Of a stretch of DNA of 64,000 nucleotides, positions 11,704 through 23,225 are shown in pieces. The translations under genes and the position numbers were made by a program. Each line of letters starts with the position of its first letter. The stretch's first letter is position 1. Source of the DNA: a virus (taxonomy: Duplodnaviria > Caudoviricetes); the IMG/VR virus record IMGVR_UViG_3300025838_000023, positions 42,783-106,782 of that record, one strand, 5' to 3'. Under the pieces are notes generated by a model that saw only the letters and a list, made by a program, of their open reading frames with translations, was not told the origin of the DNA and ran no database searches.

Positions 11704-13638
11704 ATCATTTCCCGCTTTTACTCATACGAATTTTAATACAATCCCACATAGTTGGAAGATTTGGTTGTAAGAGTTCCGCCTTGGATGGAATAATTAAAAC
11801 TCCCACAACTAATAATATTCCGATTACAATAATTAAAATTTCCGATTTATTCATATTATAATACATCCTTCCATTTTTCGAGCATTTCTTCAGTAGATAG
11901 ATTTCCTTTTTTAGGATTTATTTCACATCCTTCTAATGCTTTCCCTAATTGTTCATAAAGTTCTTTCGCTGCATTCAAAGAAAGTCGCACAGAAGGTTCA
12001 GCAAAACTTATCATAAATGTATCCTCATAATCAATTGAAGGATTTTCAGGACGTTCTTCCTTATATACTCCATAAGGAAGCTTAATTGAATAATTATGCA
12101 CACATGATTGAACAATATCAGGAAATGGGCGATCTAACGCATCTTGTAATATTTTAGGAATTTTAGGTTCAATATTATGGTTTAGTTTTTCTGGTTGTAT
12201 TGACATTCCTGCTCTATGTTCCGCAAAATTTTCACATGAAGGGCAAATCAAATCTTCTGTATGTCCTTCTGTGATAATTACTCGACAAACATTACATAAA
12301 GTTGCTCCTCTCCCATTATTAAATTTATAAATTGGATTCATATTCAGTTTTTGTTCTATTATATCGTTCATTGCTTTCTAACCCCAACATCAACATATTC
12401 AGTTTTTGGAGTATATGGAAAAGTAACAACCACATGAGAATCCTTACCAGTGAAAGATGAAGTTTGTTCTACACCTTCTTCATCAAAATAATGTTCTGTA
12501 AATACTTTCCCTTGAACATCATAACATTCACCATTTTTATCTTTAAAAACTCTACTACAACATTTATTCTGATATTTTGGCTTGACTCCCATATAATAAA
12601 CATCATTCCATTCACTATCTTCTCCTATTAATGGCGATAAAGTTTCAAACGCTAGAACCTTTTCCAGAATATTCAATGCATAAGCCGCAGAAAATCCTGA
12701 ATGGCCTTCTTTGGAAAACTCTTCAACCATGTGAAGAATATGGTTTCTCATAGCAACTTTCATAACATCATTACTATCTTCCGACATTCCGATTATATCC
12801 AATTCTTGTTTTGTGTGTTCTATTAAATTCATATTGTTTGTATTATAACTCACTTCCTGTAGATGTCAAACGCAGCTATCAATTCTAATCGTAAGTTTTC
12901 TCTACATGATTCCCTCGCTTCTCCAATAGCACCAGTTGAATCCACTAGAAACTCCAACATAGCAAAACTCAATTGTTCTTTCGATAAATGTGATAATTCA
13001 TCAGGAACTATTCCATAACCACGATATAAATCATAAACAGCACCACTTGAAAATTCTCCCACTGGTTTTTTATTCATAATTCAAATCTTCTATTGTTGGG
13101 CGGGTCAATTCTTTTGGGGTATCTGTCAATTCTTCGATAAATTCTTCAACATCACACAATTCACCATCAATCCAAACCTCTCCATCTTCATCTTCTCTGA
13201 TACCTCTGAAAAGCCCTGAACCTTCAGATTTTAAAACTTCCCATTGGATTTCTGTAGGCCGAACATTAATATATCGTGAATCCTCCCATAAAACTTCCGT
13301 TCCTTCTTTAAACCAAGTATCTGCGTTTGCTATGAGTTTAACATATTTCATAAATTTAGTATTTTATCACAACTTGAGCATAACTAGGAAAATTTTTATA
13401 AACTTCTTCGCTGTTAGTTATCAATATTCCTTCTTGCCCATCAAACCAACTAATAGAATTATCATCAACTTTAATTGTGAATGGATGTTTCAATGAGGAA
13501 TTAAATTCTTCCACTAATGGGATTATATCTTTAATATCAAAATATTCAGAATACCAAAATGCATCACCATCTCCACCAGCACTAATACATTCTTCAAACA
13601 ACCAAACTATTAGGTTCTTTATATGTTGTATGTTTATA

Positions 13639-14064
13639 TCACCAATTTTGCAGTATCTCATGATAGTATCCTTTATAACATCCATGAATCTTTTGTAATA
13701 ATTCAGGATTTTCAAATATATTACCAATTATCATAGCATCACCAAATTGCCCATAGGTATCTCTAATTACCCACCCTGGATGATTGTCGTGTCCATTATC
13801 TGTTCTTCTAACTAAAACTGTATCATATTGGAAATTTTTATCATATGTTTTAGTTCCCTCTTTATATTGAATAAAATCTCCGTCATAAATATCTATACCA
13901 TTCGAATCTTGAATTCCTATATATTGCTGCCAAACTAAATCTTTTTCAATAACATAAGTTCTTAATGCAGCAAAATCATCAAAAAAATCACTTAACGGAT
14001 TTCCTTGCACTACATAAATGTTCCTTTTCGGACACCAAACCCTAAATTTTATTTCTTGTTTCAT
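13639..14064 (-). CDS. YopX family protein
   Basis: IKFRVW, QYIGIQDSNGIDIYDGD, IGNIFENPELL. Confidence 0.85.
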   Translation of the reverse strand: MKQEIKFRVWCPKRNIYVVQGNPLSDFFDDFAALRTYVIEKDLVWQQYIGIQDSNGIDIYDGDFIQYKEGTKTYDKNFQYDTVLVRRTDNGHDNHPGWVIRDTYGQFGDAMIIGNIFENPELLQKIHGCYKGYYHEILQNW

Positions 14065-14776
14065 AATATTTGTTTTCCATCTTTATCAATATATACAGGA
14101 TCATCAAATCCTCCTTGTCCACAATCATAACATTCCAATTCCATAATAACCGCAGCAGAAGGATCAAATGGTTCACGATCAACTAACTTCTCTCGTTTAC
14201 ATTTTGGACATTTAAGTTTTATTTTATCGAGTTTCATGCTAGTTTAATATATTCTAAATACTTTGGATATAATTCCGTCAATTTTTTAATCCTCTCAAAT
14301 TCCGCTTTAGAAATCGTCCATCCTCCATAAGTTTCATTTTTAAATGTTCTATTTGTGAAGTGTAATTCTCTTTCGAAAATAGAATTGATGAAAGTTCCAG
14401 ATATATGTATTGGGACATCTATACTTTCCCATATTTTATCATTTTCTTGGGAAACAATTTTAGTGAACCATTGGACGCTATTATCAATTATTAGGTAATA
14501 TTTCATATTTTATTATGTTGTATATATACATCTGCAATAATAGAAACTTTTGCATTACGCACTTGTTTTCTATTAAAAATGTTCATCCACAATTTCTTAA
14601 ACCATGACCAAGAATTATATACCGTTTTAACATCAATACGACAGTTATCAGTAGGCAATGTTTTTAGTATTGATTCTTTAATGTTGTTCGTTGTAGTTTC
14701 CGTTATAGGTTCGAAAACATACCCTGATAATGTTTCTTTCAATCTTTGCTCTAGTTCGTTATTATATATTGTCATA

Positions 14777-15208
14777 TTATTTTAAAATTTCAGGATGTTC
14801 TAATATATTTCCAATTACCTCTACATCATATATATTATCAATATTGCAGCTTGATTCAGAATATAAATGATTAAATGAAACTACCCATTCCGCAATATTA
14901 CTACTAGGATTTGCATACCAAATATGTCCAATAACTTCTTGGCCTTCTCTTATCCAATCTTCTATATCATAATCGAAATATTGACATTTAACTTTCAATA
15001 AATCCCCCTCATAAATTTCATTTCCGTTTATATCCTTTAATCCAGTATATTGTTGGATAATACAATCACTTATAAGATATGCTCCTCCACATTTTCCTAA
15101 ATATGTCATATATCCTTTTCTATCCGTGCTTTCAAACATTGGGTATAAATCTGTCCATTTCTTATCTACAATACTCCAAACTCTAAATTTTATTTCTCTG
15201 GTATTCAT
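14777..15208 (-). CDS. YopX family protein
   Basis: REIKFRVW, QYTGLKDINGNEIYEGD, EVIGNILEHPEIL. Confidence 0.9.
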   Translation of the reverse strand: MNTREIKFRVWSIVDKKWTDLYPMFESTDRKGYMTYLGKCGGAYLISDCIIQQYTGLKDINGNEIYEGDLLKVKCQYFDYDIEDWIREGQEVIGHIWYANPSSNIAEWVVSFNHLYSESSCNIDNIYDVEVIGNILEHPEILK

Positions 15209-15817
15209 ATTTTAAATTTCCCAAGTTGTCCAGCTAACTCTATCTCCACACTGTTCGCAATTATGTTCATCAAAATCATAATCACTATATTGAAAAATCT
15301 TTACAAAATCTTGAAATTGCACTGATCCTTCTTCTAATTGTATTTTAAATTGTTCATACAAATAATCAAGAACTTCTAATTGTTTTTCTTTGGATATATC
15401 AATTAAAGATATTCCATTAATAGTAAAATCAAAAGCTGTGCATCCTTCAATTTCTACGAATTTATATTTTGTAATCATATTATTTTGTTAATTCTTCCCA
15501 AGTGAAACTATTTAAACATTCTTGTTCTTCTTCCGTTAGATTTCTTTGTGATCCTAGAAGGTTATCCGCAAAATCTTCAAGTTCCTTTTCTCTATTTAAA
15601 CCAACAGGAGGATACCAACTTACATGCGCATCCACTGTCCTCGTTAGCAACTTAATATTATGTTCCGAAGGTTCAATTACTACCACTTTATTTTCTTGCG
15701 TTAATCCTACAATATAAGAACCATCAAAATCCTTAACGAAATTTTTCAAATCTTCACTTAAATCACTATCCAATATTGCGGCGACAGTAACTAATCCTCG
15801 TTCGTCTCTTAAATCTT

Positions 15818-16408
15818 TCATAATTGTTTTTTATATATTTTAATTCTATACTCCGAAAAAGAACTAGTATTTCCCCAATAAGCATTCATATCGTCTATAT
15901 CAAATTCTTTATCATCTCTTGTTATTACCGTTACAGTATATCCCTCTTTAGTTGCACTGTCAATTATTTTTTTCCAAAATGCTTCTCCTTGAGTGCTATG
16001 TTGTTTATCACTAATAACAAAACTATAATTCTTTAGATAATACGAAAACAATAATTCTCTAGCTGATCCTTTATGTCGCATATCATTCCATACCCCTAAA
16101 GATTGAATTCCATTTTCAGGAACTGATTGAAACATATAATAACAACTAATAAATGGTTGTTTCGTTATCCAATAATCCATAAACCGTCCAGTAACATAGA
16201 CATCCCGATACAATCCCAATTCTACGCTTAAAGGAGTTTGGTTTATAATATGTGGATAACTTTCAACTACATTCTTTGCATTTTCTACATTGAACATCAT
16301 ATTATCCAAATCTTCTCCATAATTTCTACCAATCCTTTGCGGAGATTCTATGAGTTTCACTTCTTTCTCTCTATAATATTCAAGAAATGTTTTAAAATTT
16401 GAAGTCAT
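15818..16408 (-). CDS. member of the ESP / GNAT-like paralog family
   Basis: FKTFLEYY...LIESPQRIG, ISDKQHSTQGEAFWKKII, YWGN...YRIKIYKK. Confidence 0.7.
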   Translation of the reverse strand: MTSNFKTFLEYYREKEVKLIESPQRIGRNYGEDLDNMMFNVENAKNVVESYPHIINQTPLSVELGLYRDVYVTGRFMDYWITKQPFISCYYMFQSVPENGIQSLGVWNDMRHKGSARELLFSYYLKNYSFVISDKQHSTQGEAFWKKIIDSATKEGYTVTVITRDDKEFDIDDMNAYWGNTSSFSEYRIKIYKKQL

Positions 16409-16869
16409 AATTTCATCTTTTCACTTGTTTACCATAATAGTGATATTTTTCTGCATCCTTTTTCGAATCATATCTATTCCATTCTCCGCACTCCAAACAT
16501 ATAGCGTCAACCCAATAACAATCATCGTTACTGCACCAATTTCCTGTATCTGCCCCATACTTACAATACGCTGTTTCGTGATTACATGCTGCTCTAATTT
16601 CTTCAATACGAGCTTCCGCAATATCAATTTTCTTCTGTAATTTTATAATTTCTTTATTCATACTAATCCTGTAATAATATTCTTTTGGTCGATCAAATAA
16701 TTCACTTCATCCGCATCAACTCTAAAATTATGGTGGGTTGACATTAACGAAACAATATCATTAATCGACATACCTCTCAAATAATTCGAATAAATGGTTT
16801 CTACTACATTAATATTCCATTGTTCTAGAGGCAATAATACAAAAGGTGATATATTTTTAGATTTCATGT

Positions 16870-17859
16870 TTAAAATTTAATTAAAGGTTTCCACCAATGC
16901 TCATTATTCAAATACCAATCTATAGTATTCTTAATTCCTGATTCAAATGTATGAGAAGGTTTCCAGCCTATAGTATCACGAATTTTACTAGAATCAATAG
17001 CATATCTCCAATCATGCCCCTTTCTATCCTCCACGAACGTAATCAAACTCATAGGTTTACCCAAATGATTCAAAATAGTTTCTACAATTTCGATGTTCGG
17101 TTTTTCGTTATTTGATCCTATATTATATACTTCTCCAGCTTCTCCATCAAATAAAACAGCCGCAACAGCAGAACAATGATCATCAACATGAATCCAATCT
17201 CTGACATTGTTTCCCGTTCCATATATAGGTAAAGATTTATCATTCTTCGCCAACAATATCATTAATGGAATCAATTTTTCAGGATATTGATAAGCACCAT
17301 AATTATTCGAACAACGAGTAACAACAACATCCATATCATACGTTTTGTGATAGGACAATGCAATCAAATCCGCAGAAGTTTTACTGGCAGAATATGGAGA
17401 ACTTGGTTGTAAAGGTGAAGTTTCCGTAAATGCTCCAATATCTCCTAATGATCCATATACTTCATCCGTTGATATTTGCAAAAATCTTTTAACTTTATGA
17501 TTCTTTGCACACTCAAGAAGATTACTAGTGCCTAAAACATTAGTCGTTACGAATATTTGTGGAGTGTAAATGCTTCTATCCACATGAGTTTCTGCTGCAA
17601 AATTAACCACATAATCAAAAGAATTTTCCTGAAAAACTCTATTAATCCTTTCATCATGTGAAATATTAGTATTATAATGGTTATATCTATCTCTATACCC
17701 TTCCCATACATCATGCAAATTTGTATAGTTTCCAGCATAAGTCATATTATCTACATTCGTAATATAAACATTCAAATAATGTTTAAGCATATATCGAATG
17801 AAATTACTACCAATAAATCCATATCCACCAGTAACTAAAATGTTAATTTTCTTGTTCAT
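16870..17859 (-). CDS. rmlB: dTDP-glucose 4,6-dehydratase
   Basis: TGGYGFIGSNF, AAETHVDRS, STDEVYG, YSASK, NNYG.YQYPEK. Confidence 0.96.
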   Translation of the reverse strand: MNKKINILVTGGYGFIGSNFIRYMLKHYLNVYITNVDNMTYAGNYTNLHDVWEGYRDRYNHYNTNISHDERINRVFQENSFDYVVNFAAETHVDRSIYTPQIFVTTNVLGTSNLLECAKNHKVKRFLQISTDEVYGSLGDIGAFTETSPLQPSSPYSASKTSADLIALSYHKTYDMDVVVTRCSNNYGAYQYPEKLIPLMILLAKNDKSLPIYGTGNNVRDWIHVDDHCSAVAAVLFDGEAGEVYNIGSNNEKPNIEIVETILNHLGKPMSLITFVEDRKGHDWRYAIDSSKIRDTIGWKPSHTFESGIKNTIDWYLNNEHWWKPLIKF

Positions 17860-17862
17860 ATT

Positions 17863-18546
17863 TTATTCTTTCACTGCAAATAACAGAATATTATCTTCTT
17901 CTGCAAGTTTATCTTCAAAATGTATATTAAATTCTGTGAGAAATTTATTAAACAAAAATTTATAAAAATCAAGACGTTTATTGTCTTTTTTATCTACTCT
18001 AACCATAAACGCTTTAATGTTTCTCATATTATTTCTAATTGATATTCTATCTAATATAGCATTTTTTAGTGTGATAAAAAGTTCTTTGGCATACATTTGA
18101 ATTTCTCCCGTTCTTTCAAATCTTCCCATTTCATCTTTAAACATAATAATACAAATATATTCCGAATCATTAATAGTTGCGAAATGTTTTTTATATTCTG
18201 TTGCTAAAATATTATCCTTTTTATATTCAGCATTAACCCTTTTCTTATCAATACTACTTTTTGCAGATTTTCCATTCACATAGTTAAGATGTAATTGAAA
18301 TGTTTTTCCATTATGTAGAACAATTTTATATACATCTTCGGTTCCATCTTTAGTGGTAATATTGCTATGTATCCTATCAAAACTTTCCAAAACATAATCA
18401 TAGATATCCATAGAATTTAAATTTGAAAACTCTTCATCAATCTTTATAAAATCTTCCCATATAAAATCCGGCTTGTCTACTACAAAATAATCAGTTTTAT
18501 GAATAAAATCATATAATTTTTTTATGTTTTTATTATCACTATTCAT
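17863..18546 (-). CDS. hypothetical protein, paralog of 7836..8480
   Basis: shared blocks with 7836..8480. Confidence 0.7.
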   Translation of the reverse strand: MNSDNKNIKKLYDFIHKTDYFVVDKPDFIWEDFIKIDEEFSNLNSMDIYDYVLESFDRIHSNITTKDGTEDVYKIVLHNGKTFQLHLNYVNGKSAKSSIDKKRVNAEYKKDNILATEYKKHFATINDSEYICIIMFKDEMGRFERTGEIQMYAKELFITLKNAILDRISIRNNMRNIKAFMVRVDKKDNKRLDFYKFLFNKFLTEFNIHFEDKLAEEDNILLFAVKE

Positions 18547-18547
18547 A

Positions 18548-18961
18548 TTATTTCAACAATTCAGGATTTTCATAAATATTACCAACAATTTCATAGTATT
18601 TATTTTCTGCTTTAAGATTCCATTGTATACTATTATCTATCGCAATCAATATCCATCCATTGTAATAATTATATTTGAAACTACCATCCGCCCAAGTTAC
18701 AATCATTAAAGATCGAGTATTCGTTTTTATAAGATCACCTTCATAGATTTCAATACCATTCATATCATTTATTCCAGTGTATTGTTCTATAATCCAATCA
18801 TCATCTATAAAAGGAAACTGAAATTCATAACGGAAATCATGATCTTTCTCCCACATAAACCACAATCCATCATCATTTTCTATCTGCACAAATTTCATTG
18901 CACCTTCTACAGTTTCAAAATCTGGCGTATACCATGCTCTAAATTTTAATTCTCTTTTCAT
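18548..18961 (-). CDS. YopX family protein
   Basis: MKRELKFRAW, QYTGINDMNGIEIYEGD, VGNIYENPELL; start moved from the track start at 19021. Confidence 0.88.
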   Translation of the reverse strand: MKRELKFRAWYTPDFETVEGAMKFVQIENDDGLWFMWEKDHDFRYEFQFPFIDDDWIIEQYTGINDMNGIEIYEGDLIKTNTRSLMIVTWADGSFKYNYYNGWILIAIDNSIQWNLKAENKYYEIVGNIYENPELLK

Positions 18962-18962
18962 A

Positions 18963-19469
18963 TTATTCTTCTTTTGGTAGATGTTTAATATTATCATGCA
19001 AAATATCATAAGCGGTTTCATAATACTTCAACAAACATTGAAGATCAACAAACCATTCATCTTGATCTGAAGTCGAAATAACCGCAGAAGTTTCTAAAAG
19101 ATTGTATAAAACATCTAATACATCAAAAAATTTCTTGCGATATATTGTCAATTCTTCTTTATATTTTTCTCGTTCTTTAATTGCATTCAAAGCTACTTGA
19201 CGTTCTGCTGTCATTGCATTTGTTTTTAACCCCTCATGAAAAGTATAAAATATATCTTCTACATCAAATGCCTTTCTACAAGAAGTTTTTTCAAATTCTG
19301 ACATTGCATTACAAGGAATTCCATTATTTTTATATGCTTCCTTCATCTGCTCCGCTACCTTAACCGCATATATAGGAGGATAATCACCAATACGATACGG
19401 AACTATAGCATCCTCAGTCTCCTTCGTGATATTTCTCAAATCTTCTTTAAGTTTCTCTATTTCTTGCAT
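18963..19469 (-). CDS. hypothetical protein
   Basis: 168-aa ORF with an upstream promoter-like TTGACT... Confidence 0.7.
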   Translation of the reverse strand: MQEIEKLKEDLRNITKETEDAIVPYRIGDYPPIYAVKVAEQMKEAYKNNGIPCNAMSEFEKTSCRKAFDVEDIFYTFHEGLKTNAMTAERQVALNAIKEREKYKEELTIYRKKFFDVLDVLYNLLETSAVISTSDQDEWFVDLQCLLKYYETAYDILHDNIKHLPKEE

Positions 19470-19505
19470 ATTTTCATGTTATCACAAAAAAACAAAAAGT
19501 CAAAA

Positions 19506-20174
19506 TCATATGGATTTCTTCTTAGTATATTTTTTGAAAACTTTCTTAAATGGTTTACTATATACCTTCATCATATCAAGAGAAACCTCATCAAAAAAAT
19601 CATCAGAAGGTCGATGTGTTGAAAGATATGCATGAATTTCATCATCATATACTTTTGGCGTATATCCCATAAATTTCAATTGCTTGCCCATATAATACTT
19701 CAATTTTTTTGGAAGATTATTAACCAAGGCCAACATCTCTTGTTTATACTCGGCATTAGTATAAAACAAAGCATGTGCCAATTCATGTTCAAACACACAA
19801 CCATATGTAGTATCAGTTCCTATAATGTATGAACCACTCTCATTTATTTGATCTAATATCTTACAATCAAAAATTTCATCGTATGGAGTTTGATATTTAT
19901 AATTTAGTTTTTCGTAACATTCCTTCGCAATATCAAAAGGCAAATTAAATCCTGCCCAATCAGAAGCATACGTGAACGCTCCTGATCTTTTTGACTGTGC
20001 AGAATACCACTTCATAAAATCAAAAAAACAAAATGCCTTATTACGAAATTTTGCACTAGGAGATTCGTAATATTCCTGCGCTCTCAAAAATAATAAATTC
20101 CTATCATATGAATTAGGAACAATAACCGCATATATTTTATCCGCAATTTTTTGTATTGTCAATTTTATTTGCAT
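19506..20174 (-). CDS. putative zinc metalloprotease-like protein
   Basis: HELAH (HExxH) plus downstream DEIHAY. Confidence 0.55.
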   Translation of the reverse strand: MQIKLTIQKIADKIYAVIVPNSYDRNLLFLRAQEYYESPSAKFRNKAFCFFDFMKWYSAQSKRSGAFTYASDWAGFNLPFDIAKECYEKLNYKYQTPYDEIFDCKILDQINESGSYIIGTDTTYGCVFEHELAHALFYTNAEYKQEMLALVNNLPKKLKYYMGKQLKFMGYTPKVYDDEIHAYLSTHRPSDDFFDEVSLDMMKVYSKPFKKVFKKYTKKKSI

Positions 20175-20221
20175 TTTCAGATTATATCACAAAATTTAAT
20201 AAGCACAATAAAAATTTACAC

Positions 20222-20250
20222 AAAAAAACCGAAGGACATTAATCCTTCGG
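20222..20250 (-). terminator. intrinsic terminator of the large ncRNA
   Basis: minus strand CCGAAGGA-TTAATG-TCCTTCGG followed by 7 T. Confidence 0.85.
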
Positions 20251-20594
20251 AAGTTTAGAACACGGTTGAGATTAAACCGTTTGTAGTATCACCTTCGGAA
20301 CATTATAGTATAATTGCGTCATACTTTCTTTCCTTATCCTCGTAACCCCTACTTAAAGGCAATTACGACTGATACCAAAGCTGCTTTTTTATAGATGTAG
20401 CATTTCATCTGAAATGTTAAGTTATTCTACCTTCCTCTTACACTCAAGCTTGCGACCTGTTCAACTCCGCTAAGAGTTTAGCTGCGATTCCGATAAACAA
20501 TCTGAAACCTTGCGAGTCTCACACTGCCCTAATTATGTTACCATTTAGGGATTAAGCCATTTTCGCTTAACATCACCAACGACTTTGCTGTTTG

Positions 20595-21048
20595 TAGTAA
20601 TAATCGGATTTGAACCGATAACATTTAGTTTAATAGAGTTATCATAAGCATAGAAGAATATAACTATTTTCTAGATTTATGCCTTAAAGACTTTTTATTC
20701 TATTTTATAGGATTTAAAAGGAAATCTATAACTCAATTTAGATTTCTTTAATTTGGAATATAACGTTTCTATGAACCAATTTTAGTATTTGATCTACCAT
20801 TTTCTTCCAATGAGTAGGAAGAATACTAAAACCAATTCAAAGATATATTTTATATCCATTTTTATTATCATCTTTCAATGATAAAAATTGTTTTATTATA
20901 ATAGTATTTATTCTACTTTATATCAAAATCAAGAGATAAATATAAAAATAATTTAAATTGTATAATATTTTTCTTAACTTATCTTAAAAATGTTATATTA
21001 TGTATTAAGTTTTATTAGACTAATGCGCTACCATTGCGCTATATTGCA
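20595..21048 (-). tRNA. tRNA-like module inside the large ncRNA, split by a MITE (reconstructed loop CT-ATT-AA)
   Basis: D arm GCGC-AATGGTA-GCGC, anticodon stem TTAGT/ACTAA, T arm ATCGG-TTCAAAT-CCGAT after joining at the TCT core. Confidence 0.7.
20635..21019 (-). mobile_element. MITE family A copy 1 (internal-deletion derivative of the 52.4/55.7 kb tnpB elements)
   Basis: left end TCTAATAAAAC, right end TAACTCT; ~270 nt resembling the tnpB 3' end with frameshifts; near-identical to 37155..37522. Confidence 0.9.
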
Positions 21049-21593
21049 ACCTATCCAAGTGGAGCGTTGGTTGTAGCCTCATTCTCTTTTGAAGAACGGA
21101 TACTACTCCACTTATATCTTTCTCTTGCGGATACTTGATGTTATTTCTAGATCGAAGCTGAAAATTAAAGTAATCAACTTAAACCTATCATAATGCTACT
21201 AAGCCCTTGGTTGCTTAACGACCTCGAACCTAATAACTCCCCTTTACTGTCAAAACTCAATGTTTGGCATAGAATCGTTTCAGACGCTACTCTTTAGAAT
21301 CAAATATACTACAGTGTTACCCTCATATATCTAATTCCCGATTCCCATTTTCGCTTATACCTCACGAGTATGAGTCGTAAGGATACCAGGCGGGTTTGCA
21401 TAAATGTCCATATTGCTATGGTGCGGCTCTGTAGGAGAATTCCGCTTTCCTCACCTTTCGATGATGTATCTTCATCTCCACCTTTCGATGGAAATTGTTG
21501 GACGTTATACCGCCCAAAATTTTTAAAATGTAAAAGATCAAAACAAACTTCAGTTTGCTTATTGTTATCTTATTTATCCAAATCCGAAGATTT

Positions 21594-21727
21594 TTCTAAA
21601 CAAGATTCAATTTATTGTTTAAGTAGTTTACCAGTTTTTTCAAATTGTCAAACTATTTTTCTAAACAAGATTCAATTTATTGTTTAAGTAGTTTACCAGT
21701 TTTTTCAAATTGTCAAACTATTTTTCA
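21594..21727. repeat. ~66-bp tandem direct repeat carrying promoter-like motifs for the large ncRNA; third partial copy at ~21768-21805
   Basis: CTAAACAAGATTCAATTTATTGTTTAAGTAGTTTACCAGTTTTTTCAAATTGTCAAACTATTTTTC twice; minus strand TTGACA...TGGTAAACT. Confidence 0.85.
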
Positions 21728-21816
21728 ATTTTTTATTTCATCTAATTGATAGTTACTTCAATTTCAATGTTTAAGTAGTTTACCAGATTTTTAGAAATAT
21801 GCAAGAACTTTTTTAA

Positions 21817-22557
21817 TTATTCTTTAAAAATTTTAATATGCGTTCTTGGAATAGCATTAAAAGTGAAAACCGCATAACATATTTTCGGAATCTGGACAAA
21901 TGCCATATCTAAAAAATACTCTTCATCAGTATTAAAATTTGGTGATACTTCTAATGCAATCATATCCTCCACATTTTTATTTTTATCTTTTGCCAACATT
22001 TCTTTTAATTTGGGAATGCATTTTTCTGGATCATTTGTAATAAATAAATAAATTCGATTTCCTTGATGTGAAAATGTTGTTCTACTATCCTTCGCACAAA
22101 GCCCAATTTTCATTATTTTATCCAATATACTTTTTTCCGTTATATGAAACATTCTAATTTTATTCATAGGAAATTTAAGAACAACAGGAAATTTTGGTTC
22201 CATTTGATATAACTTTGTAATACTTCCTTTATAATTAAAATTTAAATCTTGTTTTGCAATAAAATATCCACATTGATCTAAAATTCTTTGCATTTCTTTT
22301 AGATCATTAAAATCTTGGTCAAAAATAAAAACTACAGTATTTGGATTTTTAAGCTGTGGGCGAGTTACATATCCAATTAAAAGATTGTCTTCCTCTATAT
22401 GAACGATTCTACCTTTAAAAGCATAATTCATTGCAGATTTAAAATTATCAGAACTATACGAAAATATCAAACCTTCTCGTAACATAACTTTTTGTTCCGT
22501 CCGTTGAAAGAACCTCGTATGTTTAAATATATTCTCCGCTAGTTCATCAAATTCCAT
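21817..22557 (-). CDS. ADP-ribosyltransferase / Tpt1-like fold protein
   Basis: MFHIT...I.K.GL...RIYLF...IP; paralog of 8489..9196; start MEFDELAE. Confidence 0.6.
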   Translation of the reverse strand: MEFDELAENIFKHTRFFQRTEQKVMLREGLIFSYSSDNFKSAMNYAFKGRIVHIEEDNLLIGYVTRPQLKNPNTVVFIFDQDFNDLKEMQRILDQCGYFIAKQDLNFNYKGSITKLYQMEPKFPVVLKFPMNKIRMFHITEKSILDKIMKIGLCAKDSRTTFSHQGNRIYLFITNDPEKCIPKLKEMLAKDKNKNVEDMIALEVSPNFNTDEEYFLDMAFVQIPKICYAVFTFNAIPRTHIKIFKE

Positions 22558-22616
22558 AAGTCTTAAAAAAATTAGAATGGTGGCTAGTTTCCCAACCACC
22601 ATTCTAAACATTCTTA

Positions 22617-23204
22617 TCAGTTGTTCGTTGGCTTCTTCAAGAACATATCCCATTCAGGGAAATTATTCTTGTTTGTGATCTGTTCACAAGGCTTTTTCCC
22701 TCTAGGAGCAAAAGGTTTCCATAAAGGAAATTTACCAAATTTTTCGTGGGACATATTACCACGTTCTGAATTTAAATCCCTATCACATAAGGCGACGTTT
22801 TCCCAAGAATCCACACCGTTGAGTGAGGTTGGTACCAGATGTTCTTTACTCATCTGAGAAGGTTTCAACTTCTTGCCAGAATAAATACAAGTATCTTTGT
22901 CTCTTTCTCTCAATGCCTTCATCGTCAATTTAGGTGCTTTGACAATCAATTTATCGAAATGGGTTGCGATAATAACTCTTGGAATCAAAACCCTAGAATT
23001 TACCGTAGAAATATAATCATCCGTATCATTTACGGTAATATTCAACCATTCTCTCCAACGAAGAGGGGTAACTTGTCCATCCGCAGTATATAAACCAGTT
23101 ACAGCACCAGCAGCCATGTCTTCCAAACTTTTTCTTACCGTTGAAAGCCCAATTACCTGCCAGTTCTTGTTTAGTTTTAATACTTCTTGATTTAGTTTGC
23201 TCAT
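22617..23204 (-). CDS. HNH endonuclease (McrA-like)
   Basis: VLKLN..W, RDKDTCIYSG, EHLVP.S.NG.DSWEN.A.CD...N..RGN; RBS AAGGAG before ATG 23204. Confidence 0.8.
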   Translation of the reverse strand: MSKLNQEVLKLNKNWQVIGLSTVRKSLEDMAAGAVTGLYTADGQVTPLRWREWLNITVNDTDDYISTVNSRVLIPRVIIATHFDKLIVKAPKLTMKALRERDKDTCIYSGKKLKPSQMSKEHLVPTSLNGVDSWENVALCDRDLNSERGNMSHEKFGKFPLWKPFAPRGKKPCEQITNKNNFPEWDMFLKKPTNN

Positions 23205-23225
23205 ATTTTCTCCTTTTGTTAAATT

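Larger units (their letters stand above)
10292..15821 (-). other. run of small, tightly packed phage hypothetical ORFs (10292, 10482, 10774, 11856, 12368, 12850, 13070, 13356, 14234, 14503, 15212, 15480)
   Basis: same strand, abutting or overlapping start/stop codons, no recognisable motifs. Confidence 0.7.
20255..21515 (-). ncRNA. large structured ncRNA, probably GOLLD (~0.88 kb after removing the MITE)
   Basis: GC-elevated region with no credible ORF; many GNRA/GAAA-capped helices; 3' hairpin CGGTT-TAATCTC-AACCG; embedded tRNA-like module; own promoters and terminator. Family name is from recall, not a CM search. Confidence 0.65.

Noticed and set aside
20635-21019. IStron (self-splicing IS) explanation for tolerated insertions
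   Set aside because: No recognisable group I intron conserved elements in either MITE family.
21370-21687. 105-aa plus-strand ORF
   Set aside because: Antisense to the large ncRNA and its promoter repeats; no protein-like features.
21594-21805. tandem repeat as a mini-CRISPR
   Set aside because: Adjacent copies have no spacer and each carries promoter motifs.
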